Part shown: positions 20,356 to 28,674 of the stretch, piece by piece
Layout of the letters: each line of letters opens with the position of its first letter
How positions within the stretch are numbered: position 1 is the first letter of the stretch
Source of the DNA: an uncultured virus (IMG/VR IMGVR_UViG_2061766007_000712)
Lineage: Duplodnaviria > Heunggongvirae > Uroviricota > Caudoviricetes
Virus record (IMG/VR): IMGVR_UViG_2061766007_000712
DNA length: 52,511 nt
Reading direction: 5' to 3' (one strand)
Notes under the pieces: model-generated
What the model was told of the DNA's origin: nothing
Seen by the model: the letters and a program-made list of their open reading frames with translations, nothing else
Database searches by the model: none
Program-made: the position numbers and the translations under genes

Positions 20356-20475
20356 ATTATCTTTCTCCTTTCATAATTTTGCACAATTTTTATGATTTTT
20401 AGTGCATTTTGAGAGAAAATATCTCCTAAAATCACTAATTTTGTGCATTTTTGATACATTTTATACCATTTTTTA

Positions 20476-20508
20476 AAAAAATAGAGAATAGAACCATGCC
20501 TATTCTCT
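20476..20508 (-). terminator. Intrinsic terminator after the 274-aa gene
   Basis: AGAGAATAG-loop-CTATTCTCT followed by ATTTTTT. Confidence 0.7.
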
Positions 20509-20579
20509 CGTTTTCCCCTTAAAGGGAATTTCGTTAGCAAGTTCTCGTATTCGAGCAAGTTGTATTCAACTATATGCTA

Positions 20580-21404
20580 TTAAATAAATTGACTTGATGT
20601 ACCTATTCCACATCCACAACCATTGTTGTTGCAAGTGAATATAGGTGTTCTACCATAAACTGGTGTTGATGGTACAGGGCAATTGCTTAATCTGTTGTAT
20701 AATGCGTCAACTTCATTAGCAAATCCTTGTGAAATAAATGCGTTTTGAGCAGTTTGTGAAGCTCTTAAATCAGCCATAGATAATTGTCTTTCAAGATCAC
20801 GAATTTTATCGTTCTTTTCATCTATCTTATCTTGACATAATTGATCTAGAACTCTTTGAACGCCTGCTGTTTGATTTGCAATAATATCTCTAATACCATT
20901 GCTTAATGCTTCTCTATCGGCACAGTTTTCACTAATAACTGTTGCTTTTAAGTCTTGTGTAGCAAGACGGTTTTCACAGCAACAATTCAATAATGAAGTG
21001 TTTAAGCCATAGAAACCATTATTTACTGCTGAAGTTATATTGGCTGTACTATTACAGATTTGATTAGATATACCATTAATAGCGTCTCTATTACCTTCTA
21101 ATTGATTAGATAAGTGTAATGTATCAAATCCGTTGTTAGTGTTTTGCATGATTTCTTTTTGACCGTTAGATAGCCAAGCATAACCATTATCAAAACCATT
21201 ATTACCGAAGAAACCACCGTTATTTCCGTTATTTCCCCAGCCAAATAATGCTAGTAATAAAATAATCCATAATGCACCATCTCCACCGAAACCACCAAAA
21301 CCACCATTACCATAACCACCCATCATAGGATATACAGGATAAGGGTAGAATCCATTTCCATTGTTAGTAGCTAATTCTACTGTTGGTTGAATTGATCCGT
21401 TCAT
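20580..21404 (-). CDS. Gly/Asn/Cys-rich protein with one TM segment and a coiled coil (spore-coat-like composition)
   Basis: GGFGG tract; WIILLLALFGWG; CCCENR; C-terminal GCGCG; AAAGGAG RBS. Confidence 0.8.
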   Translation of the reverse strand: MNGSIQPTVELATNNGNGFYPYPVYPMMGGYGNGGFGGFGGDGALWIILLLALFGWGNNGNNGGFFGNNGFDNGYAWLSNGQKEIMQNTNNGFDTLHLSNQLEGNRDAINGISNQICNSTANITSAVNNGFYGLNTSLLNCCCENRLATQDLKATVISENCADREALSNGIRDIIANQTAGVQRVLDQLCQDKIDEKNDKIRDLERQLSMADLRASQTAQNAFISQGFANEVDALYNRLSNCPVPSTPVYGRTPIFTCNNNGCGCGIGTSSQFI

Positions 21405-21494
21405 ATATTCTCCTTTCTATAAATCCACGCTAGTTATAGACTTATTTGGAAGTACACAACTAGCATATACTCCCAAATAAACCTATAAATAGGC

Positions 21495-21710
21495 TTATTT
21501 TAATTTATTAATTATGTCATCACTTATTCCAAATTGTCTTGCCTTATTAAATATATTTTCAAGTTGCTCCTGCTTGTAATCTTTAGTTATTTCTTTAAAT
21601 ATCTCTTGTGGATTGCTTTTGTTTTTTTGAGCCTGTTCTATGAATTGGAACATCTGTGGATTTCTCATCTTCAGTTGTGCCATCAGCATATTCATTACTT
21701 GTCCTTGCAT
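21495..21710 (-). CDS. Met/Gln-rich small protein
   Basis: RNPQ...NPQ...ARQFGI; AAAGGA RBS; overlaps the upstream gene by 116 nt. Confidence 0.7.
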   Translation of the reverse strand: MQGQVMNMLMAQLKMRNPQMFQFIEQAQKNKSNPQEIFKEITKDYKQEQLENIFNKARQFGISDDIINKLK

Positions 21711-22095
21711 TTTCTATCATTCCTTTCATTTCATTAATTTGTGCTTGTAGCATTTCTATTTGAATATCTTTCTCATCTTTTTTAATTATTTCCACTAATT
21801 CATAAGATTTAATTTCACCTTTAGAATTTTTAATCCACACGACTGACATATCTTTACTAAAAAATGGCGTATCATTATAAACATTTTCTTTAGCAACATC
21901 ATCAATAGTATTTGCGTATCTCATAGAATGATTGCTTGTAGGTGCGAGTTGAAATGTTTGATTTATAGAAGGTTGTTGATTTTTTAATTGCTCTTTCATT
22001 TGGTTTAATTGTGCTATTTGATTATCAATTCTTTCATTTAAGCTTTGTTGCCCATAATTTGTAACATAATTCGGCATATATGGATTGTTATACAT
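21595..22095 (-). CDS. Asn/Gln-rich hypothetical protein, first gene of the accessory operon
   Basis: Likely start MYNNPYM at 22095 with AAGGAG RBS. Confidence 0.75.
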   Translation of the reverse strand: MYNNPYMPNYVTNYGQQSLNERIDNQIAQLNQMKEQLKNQQPSINQTFQLAPTSNHSMRYANTIDDVAKENVYNDTPFFSKDMSVVWIKNSKGEIKSYELVEIIKKDEKDIQIEMLQAQINEMKGMIENARTSNEYADGTTEDEKSTDVPIHRTGSKKQKQSTRDI

Positions 22096-22108
22096 AATTT
22101 CATCTCCT

Positions 22109-22162
22109 TTAAACAAAAAGAAGGAGGGCATACAACAATTGTGTTTTACTACAAAATGTCAT
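22109..22162 (-). CDS. Putative 17-aa leader peptide MTFCSKTQLLYALLLFV
   Basis: GAAGGAGG RBS 9 nt before the ATG; stop codon abuts the RBS of the next gene. Confidence 0.4.
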   Translation of the reverse strand: MTFCSKTQLLYALLLFV

Positions 22163-22233
22163 ACTTATTGCCTCCTTCTAGTTTTAATTTTATTACTTTA
22201 TTTGTGCTAAAACGTGTCAAAAAAAGAATAGTT

Positions 22234-23505
22234 TTAACTATTCTTTAATTCTTTTAAATATTCCATTTTCATGTGCCTTAATCTGTCTGTTGAATATTTA
22301 TATTTGAAATGTAATTGTACATAATTCATTTTGTTGCAATAAAAATCCACTAAAAATTCAGTTTTATATTTGTCGAGATGTTTTAACTCACATATTTCTC
22401 TTAATTCACTTTCAGATATACCTTTGTATACGTCCTTCGTCATATATTTAACTAGTAGTGCAGTATAATAGGACATACATACTCCAATTAAGATTGGTAC
22501 TAAATACGATGTACCTATCGGAAGTGTAAGTCTTGAAATAAAGTAATATGAAATATTAGAAATAATAAAACACCAAAACGCACTTTTTAAATGTAATGCT
22601 TTACCAAACTTACCTTTATTGAATAAAAATGCAAACATTACAAATAGCATTGTTATAACTACGTTATTTATTTGTGCTATAAATATTATTAAAATTATTG
22701 TAAGTACATTCCAAAATAAAGTCAGTAGATAATATATGCTTAAAAAGGCGATATTATCTATTTTATCTCTTGTTTTCGATTTCAAGACCTTTTTTATAGT
22801 ATTTAACTGCTTCTTTAACCCATAAATAAGGTGTTTTAACGATTCCAAGAATAAAACCGGCAATTGCGTAAAGCCATGCCAAAGGTCCAATAATAAACCA
22901 ACAACCATCTCCCATAAATCTTTAACCTCCTTCCTTTCAAAATAATAGTAATAAAATAATAATAACACAATTATGTAATCTATATCAAAAATTATATTTG
23001 TTATGAATTCATTAATATTATGCCAAGCATCTATGTTTTTACAATATAGTGTTATATGTTGAAAAAATACATTTACAAATATATAAATTATAATATTTTT
23101 CAATGTGTGTTTTACTTTTTTTGTATAAACAATAGGGGGTATAATCATAAAAAATACTTCTAGTACCACTTTTAATGGTGGTATTAATGTTTTTATATAG
23201 TTTGTAAAAAACTTAAATGGAATACCTATCAAAGTCACAATTAAAGCATATATTTTCATTTGTTTTGAATTATCTTTACAACTTACACTTAATATCATAT
23301 AAGTATAAATGTATAATGTTATAGAGTACCATATATTTTCCAATCCATGACTTACAACAAATTTGGCGAACTTGTTTATCATGTTGTTGTCATATTTAAT
23401 CCCAAAATAATCAATATTGATTATTTTTAATAATACTATCACAGAAATTATGACAAAATATGTCAAAATTGTTCTAATACACACTTTACCAAAATTTTTA
23501 TTCAT
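22234..23505 (-). CDS. Multi-pass membrane protein with an AgrB-like peptidase motif and a C-terminal HTH
   Basis: Many TM helices; KGKFGKALHLKSAFWC has AgrB-like H-x6-C spacing; the C-terminal ~60 aa resemble sigma region 4. Confidence 0.7.
   Translation of the reverse strand: MNKNFGKVCIRTILTYFVIISVIVLLKIINIDYFGIKYDNNMINKFAKFVVSHGLENIWYSITLYIYTYMILSVSCKDNSKQMKIYALIVTLIGIPFKFFTNYIKTLIPPLKVVLEVFFMIIPPIVYTKKVKHTLKNIIIYIFVNVFFQHITLYCKNIDAWHNINEFITNIIFDIDYIIVLLLFYYYYFERKEVKDLWEMVVGLLLDLWHGFTQLPVLFLESLKHLIYGLKKQLNTIKKVLKSKTRDKIDNIAFLSIYYLLTLFWNVLTIILIIFIAQINNVVITMLFVMFAFLFNKGKFGKALHLKSAFWCFIISNISYYFISRLTLPIGTSYLVPILIGVCMSYYTALLVKYMTKDVYKGISESELREICELKHLDKYKTEFLVDFYCNKMNYVQLHFKYKYSTDRLRHMKMEYLKELKNS
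22763..22915 (-). CDS. Nested 50-aa peptide (AgrD-like candidate)
   Basis: AAGGAGG RBS; MGDGCWFIIGPLAWLYAIAGFILGIVKTPYLWVKEAVKYYKKGLEIENKR; different frame inside 22234-23505. Confidence 0.6.
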   Translation of the reverse strand: MGDGCWFIIGPLAWLYAIAGFILGIVKTPYLWVKEAVKYYKKGLEIENKR

Positions 23506-23524
23506 CTCTCACACCCCCTTCCAT

Positions 23525-23600
23525 AAAAAAAGATACTGTTTCTAGTATCTAATCCAACCCCTTAGTTATTGATTATAAATTATTAAGGATTACAAGTCAA
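23525..23600 (-). promoter_or_regulatory. sigmaA promoter with a leader terminator upstream of the 423-aa gene
   Basis: TTGACT(23595-23600)-17 bp-TATAAT(23572-23577); AGATACT-loop-AGTATCT plus T tract before the RBS. Confidence 0.7.
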
Positions 23601-23606
23601 TATTTT

Positions 23607-23954
23607 TTACAAAATATCAGTTTTTGTTATTTCCCAAGATTCCATTTTATGTGCAAGAGTGTGCACATAATCATTACCACCTAGTTTTTCATAAACATCT
23701 AATAAATTTAACCAGTTTTTGTAAATATAATCAGGTATTTGCTTTAATTCATTATATACAAAGTATGTATTAGTTAATTGACTTTGTAATAATGTAAGTA
23801 AAGCTATGTTTTGTATAGTTTCGTTTGATTCTTTATTTTTTATTTTTTTACGATATTCTTTAACTTTCGCAGATAAATAACCACATGATCCTGTTACTAC
23901 AATTCCTACAATAGTGAGTATTACTTTAATCCATATTTCGTTTAGCATTGTCAT
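23607..23954 (-). CDS. Membrane-anchored phage protein (holin-like)
   Basis: N-terminal TM helix; YEKLGGN motif; own promoter TTGCCT-17 bp-TATAAT at 23984-24012. Confidence 0.7.
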   Translation of the reverse strand: MTMLNEIWIKVILTIVGIVVTGSCGYLSAKVKEYRKKIKNKESNETIQNIALLTLLQSQLTNTYFVYNELKQIPDYIYKNWLNLLDVYEKLGGNDYVHTLAHKMESWEITKTDIL

Positions 23955-24013
23955 TCTCCTTAATGTTACTCTTACTAAAATAAATTATAGCATTAAATAA
24001 AAAAAAAGGCAAA

Positions 24014-24118
24014 TTATACCTTTTCAATTATTATTTTGTTGTTGTTTGAAGTTATTTTAAGTTCCTTTCCTTCTAAATCAGTTTTATTTACTATTTCTTT
24101 TGGAATGTTTAATATTAT
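24014..24118 (-). pseudogene. Start-less remnant of an AbrB/MazE-like gene
   Basis: Alternate frame reads ILNIPKEIVNKTDLEGKELKITSNNNKIIIEKV*; no start codon or RBS. Confidence 0.45.
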
Positions 24119-25466
24119 TTTTTTCTATTCTATCTGGCATAAATACAACTTCATTTGTAGTTGGTTTTATTTTATCATCATATTTAGTTATATCAAAATT
24201 TCCTACTTTATATTTATTTATTTCATTTTGATAAACTTTACTAGCACTAGCACTTCTTTTATATGCACTAACTCTTAATCTTTGTGCTTTAGTAGGTAGA
24301 CCACTAACATCACTTAACTCTTTATATTTATGTGTTAACATAGTTATTTTATTTTGTGTTTCACCAGCAAGAAATTCATTGCCACTAGTTTTAGCTAATA
24401 TTTGTGTGTCTTTTTGCTCTCTAATAGCACGTTCTAGGTTTCTTTGAAGTTGTGTTCCCTCGTAATTAGTATAATGCTTACCTTCAAATTCAAATCCTTT
24501 ATTATTGCTATCAATTATCTCTTGCAATTGCTTATCACTATATTCAGGTTCACTAACGCCTAATACAATGCTAAATATGTAATGATAACAATTAAGTTCA
24601 CTAATTGGACGATAACCATTTTTGCCATCGTGATCTAATGTATACGTGTTGCCTTTGTAGTCTTTTGCTTCAAGTCCACTGTTTAATCTATCGTATTCAG
24701 CAATTGAGAACTGTCTACCTTGTACTTGTTCGTGGTCTTCGGCTGGATTACTATGTACACTTATTTCATAACCATCAGCATCAAATTCAGCACCTAATAA
24801 CTTTTGATTTTCGTTGTGTAGCTCTCTTAAACGGCTTTTTAGATTCATACGAACTGCACTATCTAATCTCATTGAACGTCCACTTTGATACTCAATAGTT
24901 TTTAATCCACTACCACCAATGTCTTTCATAATTCTAGTCATAGCACTGTCGAATGTTTCTTTTCCAGTGCCGACATTTACTAATGCTTCATCTAATACTC
25001 GGTTGTAAGTTTCTCTTAATCCCATAAACTGAACTCGACCATTTATATCACGAATAGTATAACCTAACACATTTGCACGAGTAAAATTATACATTTCGTT
25101 CTTAACTATGTTCGCAAGTGCCTCTGTTTGACGTTTTAACGCCTCATTTTTGGCATATTCTACAAAAGGTATATTTCTATACTGATAAAACTTTTCGTAG
25201 AATAACTGGTCTTTTTTTGCATAATTAGAGAATATCTCGTCAATGTCTTTTATATTTAAGTTAGTATATTTAGCAATTTCTCTAACAATATCTTCATAAT
25301 TGCCACCATATTTAAGTATTTGTACCAATTCTTGTGCTTGGCTTGGCGCCAATTCTCTTATTTTCTTAATAGAAGAACCCATTTTCATTAGAAAATAGGT
25401 ATTTGCTTCTTCTATTCTGTTTACAAGTCTTTCGACTAATAATTCTATTTGTTCTTCACTTATCAT
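24084..25466 (-). CDS. Phage minor capsid protein (Phage_min_cap2-like), apparently truncated at the C-terminus
   Basis: YQSGRSMRLDSAVR...ISVH...HEQVQG...NCYH...YEGTQLQRNLERAIR. Confidence 0.85.
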   Translation of the reverse strand: MISEEQIELLVERLVNRIEEANTYFLMKMGSSIKKIRELAPSQAQELVQILKYGGNYEDIVREIAKYTNLNIKDIDEIFSNYAKKDQLFYEKFYQYRNIPFVEYAKNEALKRQTEALANIVKNEMYNFTRANVLGYTIRDINGRVQFMGLRETYNRVLDEALVNVGTGKETFDSAMTRIMKDIGGSGLKTIEYQSGRSMRLDSAVRMNLKSRLRELHNENQKLLGAEFDADGYEISVHSNPAEDHEQVQGRQFSIAEYDRLNSGLEAKDYKGNTYTLDHDGKNGYRPISELNCYHYIFSIVLGVSEPEYSDKQLQEIIDSNNKGFEFEGKHYTNYEGTQLQRNLERAIREQKDTQILAKTSGNEFLAGETQNKITMLTHKYKELSDVSGLPTKAQRLRVSAYKRSASASKVYQNEINKYKVGNFDITKYDDKIKPTTNEVVFMPDRIEKNNIKHSKRNSK

Positions 25467-25480
25467 AAGGAATTACCTCC

Positions 25481-25798
25481 TTACTTAAAATAATCTTCTA
25501 CTATTTTATAAATAGTGTCAATAGAACTTGCAACAAAATCACAAACAAGTTCTTCGTTATTAAAATCTACATTATAAAATCCATTTTCCCATATATAACA
25601 ATGAGTTAATTCGTGTTTTAATGTTCTTTTTTTCTCATCACTGCATAATTCTTCAGCAATCCATATTTTATGTTCTTTATAAAAAGTTAAACCATTGCAA
25701 CCATAAGCATTAGGTTGTCTTTTCCAATATTCTTCAAGTAATTCGTTTTCAGGTTTTTCTTCTATAAACCATTCGTGATTATTTATTTTAAATTTCAT
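25481..25798 (-). CDS. Small HExxH zinc-metallopeptidase-like protein
   Basis: TLKHELTHCY...EE. Confidence 0.7.
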   Translation of the reverse strand: MKFKINNHEWFIEEKPENELLEEYWKRQPNAYGCNGLTFYKEHKIWIAEELCSDEKKRTLKHELTHCYIWENGFYNVDFNNEELVCDFVASSIDTIYKIVEDYFK

Positions 25799-25806
25799 AC
25801 TATCAC

Positions 25807-27279
25807 CTATTCTTCATTATTTCTAGTTCCTAGTAAATCATTTACACCTGGTTCTTCTTTTTTTATTTGTGCTATTTTTTGTCTAGCAACTTCTTCTGTT
25901 TCTCCATAGACTTTCATACGATATTCAACTTTACTTGTAATACCTTTACTTACTTCTCTTTCAAGTCTTTGTTGTGTCTTTTCTTGGTTTTCAAACCTTG
26001 AATAATCAAAATCTACTTGTATTTCATCTTCGCTTAATTCTATTTTTTCTAGGAAGCATACTGACTTAACTAAATCTATAATAACATCTTTAATAACTGT
26101 TTCATAAACTTGTTTAGTTCTAAATGCTTCATCATCTTCACTTAATATTTCAGTAGCAGTCGCATTTCCTTTACCATCTACTTTGTAATAATCAGATCCT
26201 AAACCTATTGAACCTGAATACCAACTTAATTCAGCATTTATTGAATCTATATGCTCTTGGTATCTTATATCAAAACTAATGTCTTTTACTGGTTGGTCTT
26301 TCATACCATTCATTGCTACATAAGTTCTATCGTTCTTATCAAAGTACAATGTTTGTGTTACCTTTCCATTTTCATCTACTTGTGGTGAAGCCTTTAAAGC
26401 AGTTTTGTCTACTAATATTCTTCTTTTACCATCTATAAATTCCATATCAAAGCTATCATACTTATCATCTATTGATTTTAACTTATCTATAGAGTTAGCA
26501 AATATACTTATTCCCATTGGATTTCCTAAATCTGCATTGTTTACTATTGGTGGCTTAACTATTTGGAAATGTGGGGTATCAGTGACATATTTTACACTTT
26601 CTTCTACATTAGGGTATTTTTCTTCAAATGGTATTTCTTTTCCTAATGTATTTGGGTCTTTTGACTTATATAGTTCATTTAACTTTCTATAAACTTGTTT
26701 TAGTTCATCAGTTTTCTTATCTTTTTCAGTTTTAAACTCATGATATGTTAGATGTGTATAATATATAGGTTTCCCTTTTTCTTCTTCTTGCCATTGGTCT
26801 AATGCTACAAATCCTGTTATATTAAAGTTATCGTAAGCATAAGGAATTATACTTGAAGGATCAAGCATATATTCTATTCTTGTTCTACCTAATTCGTCTT
26901 TGTATTCGTTCATACCTGTTGTACCTAAAGCGAATGCAAGTTCTAGTACTTGTGGAAACATTATAGTAAAGTTATTTTGTTTACTATCTAATACTTTCCA
27001 TAATGCTTTTGTTTTATCATCAGTTGCAAGTTTGATATCACATTTATTACTCCAGTTAAGTTTCATCATATCTTCTGATGACTTTTTTGCTAAAGCCATT
27101 GTTTTCTTTTCTACTTCAACAGTGCTTCCATCAGCTATTTTTATGTTGTAAAAGTGGAAGTCTTCTACAACACCTTTATACCAACTATTCCATACGTCTA
27201 TTAAATCGTAATAATTGGTGTTAATAATGTTTATTCCTTTTTTGTTTAATTGTTTTCTTAAATCATCATATATTCTCAT
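25807..27279 (-). CDS. Portal protein
   Basis: NNADLGNPMGISIF...TATEILS...EYRMKVYGETEE; follows terL. Confidence 0.9.
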   Translation of the reverse strand: MRIYDDLRKQLNKKGINIINTNYYDLIDVWNSWYKGVVEDFHFYNIKIADGSTVEVEKKTMALAKKSSEDMMKLNWSNKCDIKLATDDKTKALWKVLDSKQNNFTIMFPQVLELAFALGTTGMNEYKDELGRTRIEYMLDPSSIIPYAYDNFNITGFVALDQWQEEEKGKPIYYTHLTYHEFKTEKDKKTDELKQVYRKLNELYKSKDPNTLGKEIPFEEKYPNVEESVKYVTDTPHFQIVKPPIVNNADLGNPMGISIFANSIDKLKSIDDKYDSFDMEFIDGKRRILVDKTALKASPQVDENGKVTQTLYFDKNDRTYVAMNGMKDQPVKDISFDIRYQEHIDSINAELSWYSGSIGLGSDYYKVDGKGNATATEILSEDDEAFRTKQVYETVIKDVIIDLVKSVCFLEKIELSEDEIQVDFDYSRFENQEKTQQRLEREVSKGITSKVEYRMKVYGETEEVARQKIAQIKKEEPGVNDLLGTRNNEE

Positions 27280-27291
27280 TTATATTCCTCC

Positions 27292-28674
27292 TTAAAATTC
27301 TAATCCTAATTTTTCTAGGTTATCTTTAACATAGTATTGAAAAGCATCACAACTATGGTCTGCATAATAGTATGAATAATCATTTGTGTGTGTGTTGTAG
27401 TATGTTTCACTTGTTAATTCCTTTTCTTCTTTATCAGGTTCTGGCTTTTTGCCTTTTCCAACACTATCTTCCTTCCACATATAATTGTTCATTTCTTTTA
27501 TATGTATCCAATTATTAGGCGTATTTAATATTACATACTTACCTAAATCAATAAAATCTTGTGAATACTCAATAAGTTCTTCTTTATCTTTTCCTTTGTT
27601 CACAGGGTGTAAGTTAATTCCAAACATTGCAAAGTATTGGTTTCTTAATGCACCTTCTGCACTATCTATTGTTTCGTTATCAACTATTGTTTGATACTTT
27701 TTACATATATAAGTTCTAAAATTAAATAAGTCTTGCGCTAATTCACTCGGCGCTTTCTTTCTGGATTTTTCATGTGGTGAATAATAGTAAGTATCTAATA
27801 AATAATATCTACCATCACTAGCATAACCAAATGCCATACACGTTGTAGCACTTGTTTGATGCCCACAGTCAATAGCAAAGTCTACATATAATATTCTTAA
27901 TTTGTTTTCTTCTATATAGTTTGGTTTTTCTAAAATAAACAAATCAGGATTATATATAAGTCCTTCTATACCTATTACTTTTCCTAAATAAATCCATTCA
28001 TATCTTTTAGGATCATATTCTTTTAATCTTTCGGCTTCTGCTATAAATTCTTTCCCTAGCCATTTTACTGGAACTGTTCTATAATCACTATGAACAATTA
28101 ATACATCATCACGTTTTGCCATTTCATCACACCATATATTAACCCAATGATACTTGTTCTTTGGTGGATTATATGAATACATACAAATAAACCAATCATC
28201 ATTACCACGTGAAAATGTTGCTATTATTTGGTCTATTTGATCCTGATTGTCAAATTCAGTAAGTTCTTCAAACCATACCATTTTAATTGGTGCATCTTCA
28301 TCTATAAAACCTTTTACTTTTTCATAGTCGTCTCCACCAGCAAAGTATATATTGTTTCCTGTTTCAAAAATATGTATTTGAAATGGGCTTACTGTTGCTT
28401 TGTAGTCTATATCTTCTTGTAATCCTAATCTTTTTAATGCTCTTTTAATTTCTTTAAATACGCTGTTTCTTATTGTGTTTTGATATCTCTTAATTATAAT
28501 GGCATTACAATTTCTATAAACTAAATTAAAATAATTAATTTTTATAGCTATTTTACTTGTCTTTGTAGAGCCACGACCACCTTTGTCTATCTGGTGCCTT
28601 TTTTTGCTGTTAAAAGTTGAATAAAAATGTGGGGCAATTATATCTTTAATATCAATTGTTTGATTCATCTTCAT
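27292..28674 (-). CDS. terL: Terminase large subunit (PBSX family)
   Basis: KGGRGSTKTS Walker A; WFEELTEF Walker B; SYNPP; DHSCDAFQY nuclease motif. Confidence 0.95.
   Translation of the reverse strand: MKMNQTIDIKDIIAPHFYSTFNSKKRHQIDKGGRGSTKTSKIAIKINYFNLVYRNCNAIIIKRYQNTIRNSVFKEIKRALKRLGLQEDIDYKATVSPFQIHIFETGNNIYFAGGDDYEKVKGFIDEDAPIKMVWFEELTEFDNQDQIDQIIATFSRGNDDWFICMYSYNPPKNKYHWVNIWCDEMAKRDDVLIVHSDYRTVPVKWLGKEFIAEAERLKEYDPKRYEWIYLGKVIGIEGLIYNPDLFILEKPNYIEENKLRILYVDFAIDCGHQTSATTCMAFGYASDGRYYLLDTYYYSPHEKSRKKAPSELAQDLFNFRTYICKKYQTIVDNETIDSAEGALRNQYFAMFGINLHPVNKGKDKEELIEYSQDFIDLGKYVILNTPNNWIHIKEMNNYMWKEDSVGKGKKPEPDKEEKELTSETYYNTHTNDYSYYYADHSCDAFQYYVKDNLEKLGLEF

Noticed and set aside
20352..20558. 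68-aa minus-strand ORF
   Set aside because: It has no RBS and runs across a terminator and hairpins; the region is better explained as structured intergenic RNA.
28201..28216. Second parS-like sequence, ATTACCACGTGAAAAT
   Set aside because: It has several mismatches, is a poor palindrome and lies inside the terL coding sequence.
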